Shown here: one piece after another, positions 50,657 to 60,708 of the stretch
Layout: each line of letters begins with the position of its first letter
Position numbering within the stretch: position 1 is the first letter of the stretch
Origin: Candidatus Omnitrophota bacterium
Lineage (GTDB): Bacteria; Omnitrophota; Gorgyraeia; Gygaellales; Profunditerraquicolaceae
DNA: 64,000 bases
Direction of reading: 5' to 3'
Assembly (NCBI GenBank): GCA_018825985.1
Contig: JAHKAP010000002.1
Span: 650 to 64,649 of the forward strand
Notes under the pieces: generated by a model
What the model saw: the letters and a program-made list of their open reading frames with translations, nothing else
Databases searched by the model: none
What the model was told of the DNA's origin: nothing
Made by a program: the position numbers and the translations under genes

Positions 50657-51995
50657 CGCGCTGGTAAATTCTTTTAAGATACCGGATTTAAAGCGCAGGT
50701 TAATAATTACCGGGATGCTTATTGCGGTTTATCGTATCGGCTGCTATGTTCCTACTCCCGGTATTGACGGGGTCGCCTTGGGGGAGTTTTTTAACCGGAT
50801 CGCCAAGACCCAGGGCGGTACGCTCTTTGGCATAATGAATATGTTCTCCGGCGGCGCTATGGAGAGATTGACTATTTTTGCTTTAGGGATCATGCCCTAT
50901 ATATCAGCCTCAATTATTATGCAGCTTTTGACTGCGGTTATCCCGCAACTAGAAAAAATAGCCAAAGAAGGCAAGGCCGGATATGAAAAGATAAATCAGT
51001 TTACCCGCTGCGGCACGGTAGCCCTGGCTTTGATCCAGTCTTTTTTCATCGCTATGTGGCTTGAGAATCCGGCTCGTTTCGAGGGACTGAAAATAGTAAT
51101 GCAGCCTGGTATCGGATTTCGGATATTGACGGTTTTCACCCTTACTACCGGGACTATATTTATTATGTGGCTGGGGGAACAGATCCAGGAACGGGGGATC
51201 GGAAACGGCATATCGCTGGTTATCACCGCTGGCATTATATCGCGTATCCCCGCGGCTATCGCTCAATTATGGGTGTTGATTTCTCCTTTTTCACCGGCCC
51301 GCAGGCAGATCCAGCCTTTGACCATTTTAGTCATGCTGGTCCTTTTATGCGCGGTTGTTTTTGCGGTAATCATGATCATTCAAGGGCAAAGGAAGATACC
51401 GGTGCAATACGCCCGCAGGGTAGTGGGTAGAAAGATCTACGGGGGGCAGTCAACGTATATACCCTTAAAGGTAGATACTTCGGGAGTCATCGCTATTATC
51501 TTTGCCCAATCTATAATATTGTTTCCGGCGACCCTAGCTTCTTTTATACCAAATCCGGCTTTTCAGATGTGGGCTCAAAATCTGGTTAGAGGGCACTTTC
51601 TTTATACCATGGTTTATTCGCTCCTGATCATATTTTTTTGTTATTTCTACACCGCGATTGTTTTTAATCCAATAGATATTTCAGAGAATATGAAAAAATA
51701 CGGTGGTTTTATACCGGGGATCCGGCCGGGAAATCCGACATCCGAATACCTGGATTTTGTTATGACCAGGATCACTTTGGCCGGAGCAATTTTTATCGCT
51801 ATTATCGCCATTCTACCTGATTTTATTATGGCCTGGCTTAAAGTTCCCTATTTGATCGCTTCTTTTGCCGGAGGCACCAGTATATTGATCGTGGTCGGGG
51901 TTATGCTGGATACTATAAAACAGATCGAGTCTCATTTAGTAATGCATAATTATGAAGGGTTTATTAAAGGCGCCAAAATCAAGGGTAGAAGGTAG
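50649..51995 (+). CDS. secY: Preprotein translocase SecY
   Basis: FALGIMPYISASII, MWLGEQI, GIGNGISL, FIPGIRPG, GGTSILI. Confidence 0.99.
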   Translation: MLSALVNSFKIPDLKRRLIITGMLIAVYRIGCYVPTPGIDGVALGEFFNRIAKTQGGTLFGIMNMFSGGAMERLTIFALGIMPYISASIIMQLLTAVIPQLEKIAKEGKAGYEKINQFTRCGTVALALIQSFFIAMWLENPARFEGLKIVMQPGIGFRILTVFTLTTGTIFIMWLGEQIQERGIGNGISLVITAGIISRIPAAIAQLWVLISPFSPARRQIQPLTILVMLVLLCAVVFAVIMIIQGQRKIPVQYARRVVGRKIYGGQSTYIPLKVDTSGVIAIIFAQSIILFPATLASFIPNPAFQMWAQNLVRGHFLYTMVYSLLIIFFCYFYTAIVFNPIDISENMKKYGGFIPGIRPGNPTSEYLDFVMTRITLAGAIFIAIIAILPDFIMAWLKVPYLIASFAGGTSILIVVGVMLDTIKQIESHLVMHNYEGFIKGAKIKGRR

Positions 51996-52634
51996 ATGAA
52001 AATTATTTTTTTAGGAGCGCCCGGCGCCGGCAAGGGCACACAGGCAAAAAAAGTCGCCCAAAAAATGAATATACTGCATATTTCTACCGGCGACTTGTTG
52101 AGGCAGAATGTAACTAATAGTACTTCTTTGGGCCGGCAGGCCAAGGATTTCATGAATAAAGGGGCTTTGGTTCCGGATGAGCTGGTTACTCAGATGCTGA
52201 TTGACCGGCTGAGCCGGCCGGATATTGAAAAAGGATTTATTTTAGACGGGTACCCCCGCAATCTGAACCAGGCGAAAAAGTTGGATGAGGTGCTGGCAGA
52301 TAAAAATCGAAGTATAGATAAAGTGATTTACCTGGATGCCAGCGAACCGGTAATTATACAGCGGATCACCGGAAGGCTGGTCTGCAGGTCCTGCGGAGCA
52401 AATTTTCATATTAAGAATATGCCTCCGAAGAAAAACATGGTTTGCGATCATTGCGGGGGTGAGCTGTATCAAAGAAGCGATGATAAAGAAGAGACGGTCA
52501 GGAAACGTTTGGAAGTTTACCGTCAGGAAGCAGCCTGTTTAATAGATTATTACTCTAATACCGGCAGGTTAATCAAGATCAAGGCCGATGATGAAGCTGA
52601 GCCGGTCCTGAAAGAGATATTCGCGGTTATATAA
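51996..52634 (+). CDS. adk: Adenylate kinase (Zn-LID type)
   Basis: GAPGAGKGTQ, HISTGDLLR, LDGYPR, CRSC/CDHC. Confidence 0.98.
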   Translation: MKIIFLGAPGAGKGTQAKKVAQKMNILHISTGDLLRQNVTNSTSLGRQAKDFMNKGALVPDELVTQMLIDRLSRPDIEKGFILDGYPRNLNQAKKLDEVLADKNRSIDKVIYLDASEPVIIQRITGRLVCRSCGANFHIKNMPPKKNMVCDHCGGELYQRSDDKEETVRKRLEVYRQEAACLIDYYSNTGRLIKIKADDEAEPVLKEIFAVI

Positions 52635-52642
52635 TAATAGCA

Positions 52643-53389
52643 ATGATTCCTATAAAGTCCGAGCAAGAGCTGGAGGTTATGCGTCAGGCAGGCAGGATAA
52701 TAGCGGGGATAGCAGCTAAATTGCGGGAAAGTGTAAAGCAAGGAACAACAACGGGCCGGATCAGCGATTTAGCTTTAAAATATATGGAGGCTGAAGGAGT
52801 AGTCTCTGCTTTTAAAAATTACCGGGGTTATCCCGGAAATATTTGCATATCAGTAAACGAAGAAATCGTTCATGGTATCCCCAAGGATAGACAGCTGGCC
52901 GAAGGAGATATTGTAAGCATAGATTTAGGAATTAAGTATAATGGTTATTTCTCAGATATGGCGTTTACCGTGGGTGTGGGAAGTATCAGCTCTCGGGCTA
53001 AAAAGCTCATAGATGTAGCCAGAAAATCTTTAGTTTTCGGCATAAAACAAGCTAAGGCGGATAATCGTTTATCGGATATATCTTATGCCATTCAGCATTA
53101 TGTTGAAAATAATGGATTTTCCGTGGTCAGGCAGTTTGTAGGCCATGGCATAGGCAGAGATTTACACGAAGAACCTGAAATTCCTAATTTCGGAGCGCCT
53201 AATCAGAAAGAAGTTTTAAGGCCCGGAATGGTTCTGGCTATTGAGCCGATGGTGAACATGGGGAATTGGGATTGCCGAGTCTTGAAGGACGGTTGGACAG
53301 CGGTTACAGCGGACGGCCTGCCTTCAGCTCATTTTGAACATACAGTAGCTATTACTGAAAAAGGCGCCGAGATCCTGACTAGCGTATAA
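52643..53389 (+). CDS. map: Methionine aminopeptidase type I
   Basis: [33 protein letters not shown]. Confidence 0.98.
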   Translation: MIPIKSEQELEVMRQAGRIIAGIAAKLRESVKQGTTTGRISDLALKYMEAEGVVSAFKNYRGYPGNICISVNEEIVHGIPKDRQLAEGDIVSIDLGIKYNGYFSDMAFTVGVGSISSRAKKLIDVARKSLVFGIKQAKADNRLSDISYAIQHYVENNGFSVVRQFVGHGIGRDLHEEPEIPNFGAPNQKEVLRPGMVLAIEPMVNMGNWDCRVLKDGWTAVTADGLPSAHFEHTVAITEKGAEILTSV

Positions 53390-53400
53390 TCTGGAGGGAT

Positions 53401-53619
53401 ATGGGCAAGGAAGAACTTATAGAAACAGAAGGCAAGGTTGTAGAAGCTTTACCCAATGCCGTATTTAAGGTAGAATTGGAAAACGGTCATATAGTAACCG
53501 CGCATGTGTCCGGAAAAATGAGGATGAATTTTATCAGGATACTGCCGGGGGATAAAGTAAAACTTGAACTTTCTCCTTATGATTTAGGGCGGGGGAGAAT
53601 CACATTTAGAGTAAAATAA
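53401..53619 (+). CDS. infA: Translation initiation factor IF-1
   Basis: [25 protein letters not shown]. Confidence 0.99.
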   Translation: MGKEELIETEGKVVEALPNAVFKVELENGHIVTAHVSGKMRMNFIRILPGDKVKLELSPYDLGRGRITFRVK

Positions 53620-53677
53620 AAAGATATAGGTAGAGGTAAAGGTATAGATTGAGATAAAGAATAGAGAGGATAATAAA

Positions 53678-53791
53678 GTGAAAGTAAAAGCATCGGTCAG
53701 GAAAATATGCGATAAGTGCAAAGTTATTAAACGTAGAAGAATTGTTAGGGTTATATGTTCTAATCCTAAGCATAAACAGCGCCAAGGATAG
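53678..53791 (+). CDS. rpmJ: 50S ribosomal protein L36
   Basis: Manual translation [37 protein letters not shown]; GTG start. Confidence 0.97.
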   Translation: MKVKASVRKICDKCKVIKRRRIVRVICSNPKHKQRQG

Positions 53792-53802
53792 GAGGAAATA
53801 AC

Positions 53803-54186
53803 GTGCCCAGGCTTTTAGGTGTAGATATACCCAAGGAAAAAAGAATTGAAATATCGTTGACTTATATATACGGTGTCGGCAGGTATTTGTCTAACCAGAT
53901 ACTTAAAGAGGCCCAGATCTCTCCGGATAAACGGGCAAAGGATTTGACCGAAGAGGAGATCTCCCGCATTGTTAACATAATCCAAAAAGGAAATTATAAA
54001 GTAGAGGGCGATCTGCGCCGGGACATTTCCCAGAATATTAAAAGATTAATGGATATAGGTTCATACCGCGGTATGCGTCATAAAAGAGGGCTTCCTTGCC
54101 GCGGTCAAAGGACCAGGACTAACGCCCGGACCAGAAAAGGCCCGCGTAAAGGCAATATTGCCATAGCTAAAGCCAAGAAGGAATAA
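53803..54186 (+). CDS. rpsM: 30S ribosomal protein S13
   Basis: [28 protein letters not shown]. Confidence 0.99.
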   Translation: MPRLLGVDIPKEKRIEISLTYIYGVGRYLSNQILKEAQISPDKRAKDLTEEEISRIVNIIQKGNYKVEGDLRRDISQNIKRLMDIGSYRGMRHKRGLPCRGQRTRTNARTRKGPRKGNIAIAKAKKE

Positions 54187-54188
54187 AA

Positions 54189-54629
54189 ATGACTGAAAAA
54201 CCAGCAACCCCAGCAACCCCAGAAACTACAGCAACGCCGGCTCAAACGCCAACAACCAGTAAAAAAAAGAAAAACCTTAAAGGCGTAACTTTAGGGATAG
54301 CTCATATTCAAGCGAGTTTTAATAATACCCTCATTACTATTACAGATAAGCAGGGTAACACTATAGCCTGGTCATCGCCGGGAATCGTAGGTTACAGCGG
54401 ATCTAAAAGGTCTACTCCTTTTGCCGCTCAGACAGCTGCCGGCGACGCCGCAAAAAAGGCTAAGGATCTGGGCTTGCAGGAAGTGGAAGTTTGGGTAAAA
54501 GGCCCTGGCCCGGGAAGGGAATCGGCTATCAGGGCTTTGCAGGCCGCCGGTTTAGTAATAACTTCGATCAAAGACGTTACTCCTATCCCGCACAACGGTT
54601 GTCGTCCGAAAAAGAAAAGGAGAGTATAA
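54189..54629 (+). CDS. rpsK: 30S ribosomal protein S11 with Pro/Thr/Ala N-terminal extension
   Basis: [34 protein letters not shown]. Confidence 0.98.
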   Translation: MTEKPATPATPETTATPAQTPTTSKKKKNLKGVTLGIAHIQASFNNTLITITDKQGNTIAWSSPGIVGYSGSKRSTPFAAQTAAGDAAKKAKDLGLQEVEVWVKGPGPGRESAIRALQAAGLVITSIKDVTPIPHNGCRPKKKRRV

Positions 54630-54634
54630 TATAT

Positions 54635-55267
54635 ATGGGAAGGTATACAGGTCCAACATGTAGATTGTGTAGAAGAGAGCAGCAAAAGCTGTTCCTTAAA
54701 GGTACCAGGTGCAGCACTGAAAAATGCGGCCTGGCTAAAAGAGATTACGTCCCCGGCCAGCACGGAGAGGCAAAGGCCCGGATTAAGCTTTCAAATTACG
54801 GCTTGCAATTGAGGGAGAAGCAAAAGGTAAAAAGAATGTACGGGCTTTTTGAAAAGCAGTTCCGCCGTTATTTTAAGATTGCTTCTAAGACCAAAGGCGT
54901 AACCGGTAAAGTATTGTTGCAGCTTTTAGAGAGAAGGCTGGATAATGTGATATTTCGTTTAGGGTTGGCTACGTCCCGGGCCCAGGCCAGGCAGGTAGTC
55001 CGCCACAATTTTATCTTTGTCAATTCCAAGCGGGTGAACATACCTTCTTATTTAATCGTTAAAGACGATATCGTCCAGTTAAAGGCCAAAGATAAGGCTA
55101 TGGCCAAGATTAAAGATAACCTTGAAATTAGCAAGGACAGGACTGTGCCTTCCTGGCTTGAATTTAATCCTGCCCAGGCCCAGGCCAAGGTCCTGCGCCT
55201 TCCGGAGAAAGACGATATTCAGCTTCCGATCCAGGAACAGTTAATAGTCGAGTTGTATTCAAAATAA
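54635..55267 (+). CDS. rpsD: 30S ribosomal protein S4
   Basis: MGRYTGP.CRLCRRE, QLREKQK, LERRLDNV, IVELYSK; ATG at 54635. Confidence 0.98.
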   Translation: MGRYTGPTCRLCRREQQKLFLKGTRCSTEKCGLAKRDYVPGQHGEAKARIKLSNYGLQLREKQKVKRMYGLFEKQFRRYFKIASKTKGVTGKVLLQLLERRLDNVIFRLGLATSRAQARQVVRHNFIFVNSKRVNIPSYLIVKDDIVQLKAKDKAMAKIKDNLEISKDRTVPSWLEFNPAQAQAKVLRLPEKDDIQLPIQEQLIVELYSK

Positions 55268-55277
55268 AGGCTGTCAA

Positions 55278-55367
55278 TGATTACACTGATTAAAAAGCAG
55301 ATTCCAGAGATTAAAACATATAACAGAAACAATCGCTGTAATCTTCTTTTAGGAATCTGTGGAATCA
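55278..55367. repeat. Family D element
   Basis: GATTACACTGATTAAAAAGCAGATTCCAGAGATT...AATCGCTGTAATCTT...GAATCTGTGGAATC. Confidence 0.8.
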
Positions 55368-55419
55368 ACAATTAAAAAGATTTTAGCAACAGTTTGTAAA
55401 AAATAAAGGAGCCAAGAAA

Positions 55420-56409
55420 ATGGGTATAAAGTGGAGAGATTTTCAATTACCAAAAAAATTGGAGTGCGAAGAGTCCAGCTATACCGGAAATTACGGAAAA
55501 TTTTTCGCCGCTCCTTTTGAAAGAGGCTATGGCGTTACTTTAGGAAACGCCATAAGAAGGCTGCTATTGTCGTCCATTGAGGGCAGCGCCGTAACATCAG
55601 TAAAGATATCCGGAGTGCAGCATGAGTTCTCCACTATTCCTGGCGTACTCGAAGACGTCCCGGAGATAATCTTAAACCTTAAAAGCCTGATTCTAAAATC
55701 GCATTCCAAAGTATCGAAGACGCTTTATATCAAAAAGAATACTAAGGGCGAGGTCAAGGCCAAGGACATCCAGACCGATGAAAGCGTGGAGGTTATCAAT
55801 CCCGATCTTCACATCGCAACTATCACCGATGATATAAAGCTTAATATGGAGATTGAGGTTTCAAAAGGCAGGGGTTATGTCCCCCAGGATGCGAACAAAA
55901 GAGATGACCAGGTTATCGGGACGATCCCGATTGATTCCATATTTTCTCCGGTAAAAAAGGTCAACTTTAATGTGGAAAATACCCGGGTGGGCCAGAAAAC
56001 CGATTATGACAAACTTATACTTGAGATCTGGACCAATGGAGCAGTAAGCCCTAAAGACGCGCTTTTATATGCTTCAAATATATTACAGAGGCATCTTGAT
56101 ATTTTTGTTAACTTCGGTCAGTTGCCTGATGAGGAAGAGGAAGAACCGGAGATGACCAAGGAAGAGATCGCTCTGTATGAAAAACTCAGACTACCGATCT
56201 CCGAACTTGAACTGTCGGTGAGAAGTTCGAACTGTTTAAGGGAAGCCAATATAAAGACCATAGCGGACCTGGTAAAGAGAGGGGAAGAAGAAATGCTTGG
56301 TTTTAAGAATTTTGGCAAGAAATCTTTAACTGAGATCAAGGAGCTTTTGACCGGGATGAGTTTAAACTTGGGGATGCAGATAGACATCAAGAAACTTAAG
56401 AAATCTTAA
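55420..56409 (+). CDS. rpoA: RNA polymerase alpha subunit
   Basis: PFERGYGVTLGNAIRR, HEFSTIPGV.ED, ELELSVRSSNCL. Confidence 0.99.
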   Translation: MGIKWRDFQLPKKLECEESSYTGNYGKFFAAPFERGYGVTLGNAIRRLLLSSIEGSAVTSVKISGVQHEFSTIPGVLEDVPEIILNLKSLILKSHSKVSKTLYIKKNTKGEVKAKDIQTDESVEVINPDLHIATITDDIKLNMEIEVSKGRGYVPQDANKRDDQVIGTIPIDSIFSPVKKVNFNVENTRVGQKTDYDKLILEIWTNGAVSPKDALLYASNILQRHLDIFVNFGQLPDEEEEEPEMTKEEIALYEKLRLPISELELSVRSSNCLREANIKTIADLVKRGEEEMLGFKNFGKKSLTEIKELLTGMSLNLGMQIDIKKLKKS

Positions 56410-56418
56410 GATTAGAAA

Positions 56419-56528
56419 GGACACGAACAGACACGAATTTCACACGAACAGACACGAATTAATTTGTGTAAATTAGTGTGAGCCGCGAAAATTTAAAAAG
56501 TAATGGCGAATTGGTGTAAATTCGTGCT
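56419..56528. repeat. Family C2 element (ACACGAA x4 ... ATT.GTG iterations)
   Basis: Direct 21-bp repeat ACACGAACAGACACGAATT; homolog at 41478-41647. Confidence 0.85.
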
Positions 56529-56546
56529 TAAAACAAGGATACAATA

Positions 56547-57128
56547 ATGAGACATAATAAAGCTAAAAATCAGCTCAACCGGTTCACTAGTTGGCGCAGG
56601 GCCACGATCTTAAGCCTGGCCAGGAGCTTGTTTATTTATCAGCGGATCTCTACGACCGCGGCCAGGGCTAAAGCAGTCAGGCCTACGATAGATAAACTTA
56701 TTACCATGGGTAAACATAATACTCTGGCAAAAAAAAGGCAGGCCTTTGAGTTATTAGGGGACCATAAATTAGTCGGTATGCTTTTTAATGATATAGCCCC
56801 GCGTTTTGCTAAGAGGCAGGGTGGATATACCCGCTTGCTTTTACTGGGAAAAAGGCGCGGCGACGATGCTCAGCTGGCTATTTTAGAGTTGACTGAGATA
56901 AAAGAAAAAGTCAAAAAAGTTAAGAAGAATAAAGATAAAGAATCCAAGCCCGCGTCAGCAACAGGTGTTGTTGAAGGAAAGACCGAGGTTGCGCAGGATA
57001 CGCCGGTCGAAGTAAAATCCAAGACTGAAAACGCGGTTAAAGAAAGGCCCCCTGTTATTAAAAAACCAGCCAAGAAATTCTTCAGCGGCATTAAGAATAT
57101 CTTTAAAAAAGAGAGAGACTCTCTTTAA
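56547..57128 (+). CDS. rplQ: 50S ribosomal protein L17 with long C-terminal extension
   Basis: MRH, RISTT.ARAK, RQGGYTR, RRGDDA. Confidence 0.97.
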   Translation: MRHNKAKNQLNRFTSWRRATILSLARSLFIYQRISTTAARAKAVRPTIDKLITMGKHNTLAKKRQAFELLGDHKLVGMLFNDIAPRFAKRQGGYTRLLLLGKRRGDDAQLAILELTEIKEKVKKVKKNKDKESKPASATGVVEGKTEVAQDTPVEVKSKTENAVKERPPVIKKPAKKFFSGIKNIFKKERDSL

Positions 57129-57133
57129 TACCG

Positions 57134-58309
57134 ATGCGTATTGACAGCCGGTTATCTGAACGCTTATTAAAAGTAAAGCCTTCTTCAACCCTTGCCATCA
57201 CCTCCAAAGCCAAAAAGCTTAAAGGTGAGGGCAGGGATGTGGTTACTTTTGCGGCAGGAGAACCGGATTTTGATACTCCGGATGCGATTAAAGAAGAGGC
57301 TATCTTGGCCATCCGTTCGGGATTTACCAAATACACCCCCACCACCGGCATACCGGAATTAAAAAAACTAATATGCGAAAAATTCAAAAAAGACAATTCA
57401 TTAGATTATCAGCCTAACCAGATCGTTGTCTCTTGCGGGGCAAAACACAGCATTTTTAATACCCTTTTTGTTTTAATTGACCACGGTGACGAAGTCTTGA
57501 TCCCTTCTCCTTATTGGGTAAGTTATCCGGAAATGGTTAATCTCTGCGAAGGCGCGCCCCGCTTTATCAATTCCCGGCCTGAAAATAATTTTAAGATCAA
57601 TATAGAAGATCTGGAAAAACACATCGGTTCCAAAACCAAGGTATTTATTTTAAACTCGCCTTCTAACCCCACTGGCTGTGTATACGATAAAGATGAGCTT
57701 AAAGAGATCGCCAGGATCTGCGTCGAGCGGAAGATTTTTGTGATTAGTGATGAAATATACGAGAAGATAATTTTCGACAATTTAAAACATATATCCATCG
57801 GGTCCCTCGGTAAAGATATTTATGATTATACTATTACCGTTAATGGGCTCTCCAAGAGTTATTCTATGACCGGTTGGCGTATTGGATATTTAGCCGGGCC
57901 GGTTGATATAGTTGAGGCAGTATCTAAATTCCAGGATCATTCTACTTCTAATCCAACTTCTATATCTCAAAAAGCGGCATTAGCGGCCCTGAGCCTAACC
58001 GATGACTTTAGCAGGACAATGTGCTTGGAATTTTCCAAGAAAAGGGATTATATAATCAGCCGGTTGAATAAAATAAAAAAAATTGGTTATTGTAAGCCCA
58101 GCGGCGCGTTCTATATATTTTGTGATATTTCTAAAACAGGTTTAGATTCAGTCCAATTTTCCAGCCGTCTATTGGATGAGATGATGGTTGCAGTCATACC
58201 CGGCGATCCATTCGGTAGAAATGATTATATCCGTTTAAGTTTTGCCACTAGCCTTAATGAAATTGAAAAAGGGATGGACCGAATTGAAGGGTGGGTCAAT
58301 AAATTATGA
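57134..58309 (+). CDS. PLP-dependent class I aminotransferase (aspartate aminotransferase-like)
   Basis: GEPDFDTP, PYWVSY, NSPSNPTG, SDEIYE, SKSYSMTGWRIG. Confidence 0.93.
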   Translation: MRIDSRLSERLLKVKPSSTLAITSKAKKLKGEGRDVVTFAAGEPDFDTPDAIKEEAILAIRSGFTKYTPTTGIPELKKLICEKFKKDNSLDYQPNQIVVSCGAKHSIFNTLFVLIDHGDEVLIPSPYWVSYPEMVNLCEGAPRFINSRPENNFKINIEDLEKHIGSKTKVFILNSPSNPTGCVYDKDELKEIARICVERKIFVISDEIYEKIIFDNLKHISIGSLGKDIYDYTITVNGLSKSYSMTGWRIGYLAGPVDIVEAVSKFQDHSTSNPTSISQKAALAALSLTDDFSRTMCLEFSKKRDYIISRLNKIKKIGYCKPSGAFYIFCDISKTGLDSVQFSSRLLDEMMVAVIPGDPFGRNDYIRLSFATSLNEIEKGMDRIEGWVNKL

Positions 58310-59562
58310 CGGGTAAGACTATAGCGGAAAAAATATTAAGCAGCCATTCTGGGAGGTCTTTGAAGGCCGGTGATTTTGCGGTATGCAAAGTTGATTTTAC
58401 CTTTGGACAGGATGGGACGTCGTCGATAATAATCGACCGTGTTAAAGAGCTGGGGATAGATAAATTAAAAACTAAGTTTTGTATGGTCATCGATCACAGC
58501 GCTCCTTCTCCGAATGAAGGCGTATCCAGGGTGCATAAAAAGATGCGCCGATTTTCGGCTGATTTTAGGTCTCGCCTTTACGATGTGGGCTGCGGGGTAT
58601 GCCATCAGGTCATACCGGAGTCCGGGTATATATTGCCCGGAGACTTGGTTTTGGGGGCTGATTCACATACCTGTACGTATGGGGCAATAGGTGTTTTTGC
58701 TACCGGCGTCGGCTCTACTGACTTGGCTGTAGCCTTGGCCACCGGAAAAAACTGGTTTAAAGTGCCCGAGACAATAAAAATCATAGTGCAAGGAAAGCAG
58801 CCTAAGGGGATTTTCGCAAAAGATATTATCCTTTATATAATAGGAGGAATTGGGGCTAACGGAGCTACTTATAAAGCTGTTGAATTCTCTGGAGAGGTAA
58901 TTGACCAGTTGGATATGGACGGCCGTTTTACCTTTTGCAATATGGTGGTTGAAATGGGGGCTAAGGCTGGTTTTATGCCTCAGGATAAAAAAACCATTGC
59001 CTGGCTCAAAGGCGTTTCGGGGATTAAGCGGGAGATTAAAACAGTCTCTCCTGACAAAAACGCTGAATATTGCGATACTATTGAATTTGATATCTCAAAA
59101 CTTAAGCCCCAGGCTTCAATCCCTCACAATGTCGATACAACCGTGGATGCGGCAAAACTAAGAAATGTTTTGATAAATGAAGCCTTTTTGGGCACCTGTA
59201 CCAATGGCAGACTGGCTGACCTTAGAGTGGCCGCCTCAATACTAAAATCAAGAAAAGTTTCTCCGCGGGTTAAATTTATTGTTGCTCCCGCCTCAAGGAG
59301 CATTTTTTTAGAGGCTTTAAAAAACGGAATTATTGATACCCTGGTTCGATCCGGCGCAGTAGTAGTTGCTCCTGGATGCGGTCCATGCGTAGGCACCCAT
59401 AATGGTGTGCCTGCGGACGGAGAAATAGTTATATCAACCGCAAACCGTAATTTTAAAGGCAGAATGGGGAACCCTAAAGCTTTTATATATCTGGCCTCTC
59501 CGGCTACCGTTACTGCTTCAGCTATTGAGGGCAGGATAACCGATCCCCGAAAGTATCTTTAA
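58306..59562 (+). CDS. Aconitase-family large subunit (LeuC/HacA type)
   Basis: DH, GVCHQ, GADSHTCTYGA, GTCTNGR, PGCGPC, STANRNFKGRMG. Confidence 0.93.
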   Translation: MTGKTIAEKILSSHSGRSLKAGDFAVCKVDFTFGQDGTSSIIIDRVKELGIDKLKTKFCMVIDHSAPSPNEGVSRVHKKMRRFSADFRSRLYDVGCGVCHQVIPESGYILPGDLVLGADSHTCTYGAIGVFATGVGSTDLAVALATGKNWFKVPETIKIIVQGKQPKGIFAKDIILYIIGGIGANGATYKAVEFSGEVIDQLDMDGRFTFCNMVVEMGAKAGFMPQDKKTIAWLKGVSGIKREIKTVSPDKNAEYCDTIEFDISKLKPQASIPHNVDTTVDAAKLRNVLINEAFLGTCTNGRLADLRVAASILKSRKVSPRVKFIVAPASRSIFLEALKNGIIDTLVRSGAVVVAPGCGPCVGTHNGVPADGEIVISTANRNFKGRMGNPKAFIYLASPATVTASAIEGRITDPRKYL

Positions 59563-59577
59563 TACGGAGGACTAAAA

Positions 59578-60624
59578 ATGGAAATACGCGACCTATTGTT
59601 ATTGTGTATCGAAAAGCAAGCTTCTGATCTTCATCTTACAGATAATGAGCCGCCGATATTACGTATTGACGGAAGGCTGCAAAGGACAAACCTGCCGGTC
59701 TTAAATAAAGAAATCCTTAAAAAGATTATTTATAGTGTTTTGAATGATACTCAGAAAGAAACGTTTGAGAAAGATATGGAATTGGATTTTTCTCTGGCTC
59801 TTCCCGCATTGGATAGGTTCCGGGTAAATGTACATCTGCAAAAAGGCTCAGTTGAGGCTGCTTTTAGACGGGTGCCCTTGAAAATTCCGGTCATCGCAGA
59901 TATAGGCTTACCGCCCATAGCAATTGAGTTAGCCCGTAAACCCAATGGTTTAGTTCTGGTTACCGGTCCTACCGGAGTTGGTAAAACCACTACTTTAGCG
60001 GCAATGATCGACCTTATAAATAATGAGAGAGAATGTATGGTTATGTGCGTTGAGGACCCGATCGAATTTATTCATTCTAATAAAAAGAGCGTAATAAAAC
60101 AAAGAGAGATTTATGCGGATACCCGTTCATTTGCCGATTCTTTACGCCATGCCTTGCGTCAGGACCCCAATGTTATAGTTGTCGGAGAGATGAGGGATTT
60201 GGAAACTATTTCCACAGCGCTTACAGCCGCAGAAACCGGGCATTTGGTTTTGGCTACCCTGCATACTCCTGACGCCCCGCAAACCGTGGAAAGGATTATT
60301 GATGTATTTCCTCCTCATCAGCAGACCCAGGTTAAACTACAGTTATCCGATTGTTTACAGGGCGTAATTTCGCAGTTGCTCCTTCCCCATATCTCCGGAA
60401 AGGGTAGAGTTTTAGCTACCGAGATAATGATTGCTACTTCGGGGATAAGAAACCTTATTCGTGAACAGGAGATCGAGCAGATCCCTACTTTGATGCAGAC
60501 CGGAAGTCAGTATGGGATGAAGACAATGGATAAATGTTTAAAAGAATTGTATCAACAAGGGTTGATATCTTTGGATGTGGCTATGTCCAAGGCTAAGAAT
60601 ATCGAGGAATTCCGCCAGCTATGA
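59578..60624 (+). CDS. pilT: Type IV pilus retraction ATPase PilT/PilU family
   Basis: ASDLHL, RFRVN, GPTGVGKTTTLAAMID, EDPIEF, ALRQDPNVIVVGEMRD, AETGHLV, NLIRE. Confidence 0.95.
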   Translation: MEIRDLLLLCIEKQASDLHLTDNEPPILRIDGRLQRTNLPVLNKEILKKIIYSVLNDTQKETFEKDMELDFSLALPALDRFRVNVHLQKGSVEAAFRRVPLKIPVIADIGLPPIAIELARKPNGLVLVTGPTGVGKTTTLAAMIDLINNERECMVMCVEDPIEFIHSNKKSVIKQREIYADTRSFADSLRHALRQDPNVIVVGEMRDLETISTALTAAETGHLVLATLHTPDAPQTVERIIDVFPPHQQTQVKLQLSDCLQGVISQLLLPHISGKGRVLATEIMIATSGIRNLIREQEIEQIPTLMQTGSQYGMKTMDKCLKELYQQGLISLDVAMSKAKNIEEFRQL

Positions 60625-60688
60625 GAAATGGGGTCAGAATTATTTTTTTATTCTATGTAATCGTAAAAAATAATTCTGACCCCATTTC
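60625..60688. repeat. Family A palindromic element
   Basis: GAAATGGGGTCAGAATTATTTTTT...AAAAAATAATTCTGACCCCATTTC immediately after the pilT stop. Confidence 0.9.
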
Positions 60689-60708
60689 CCCCATTTATCC
60701 CTAAGTAT

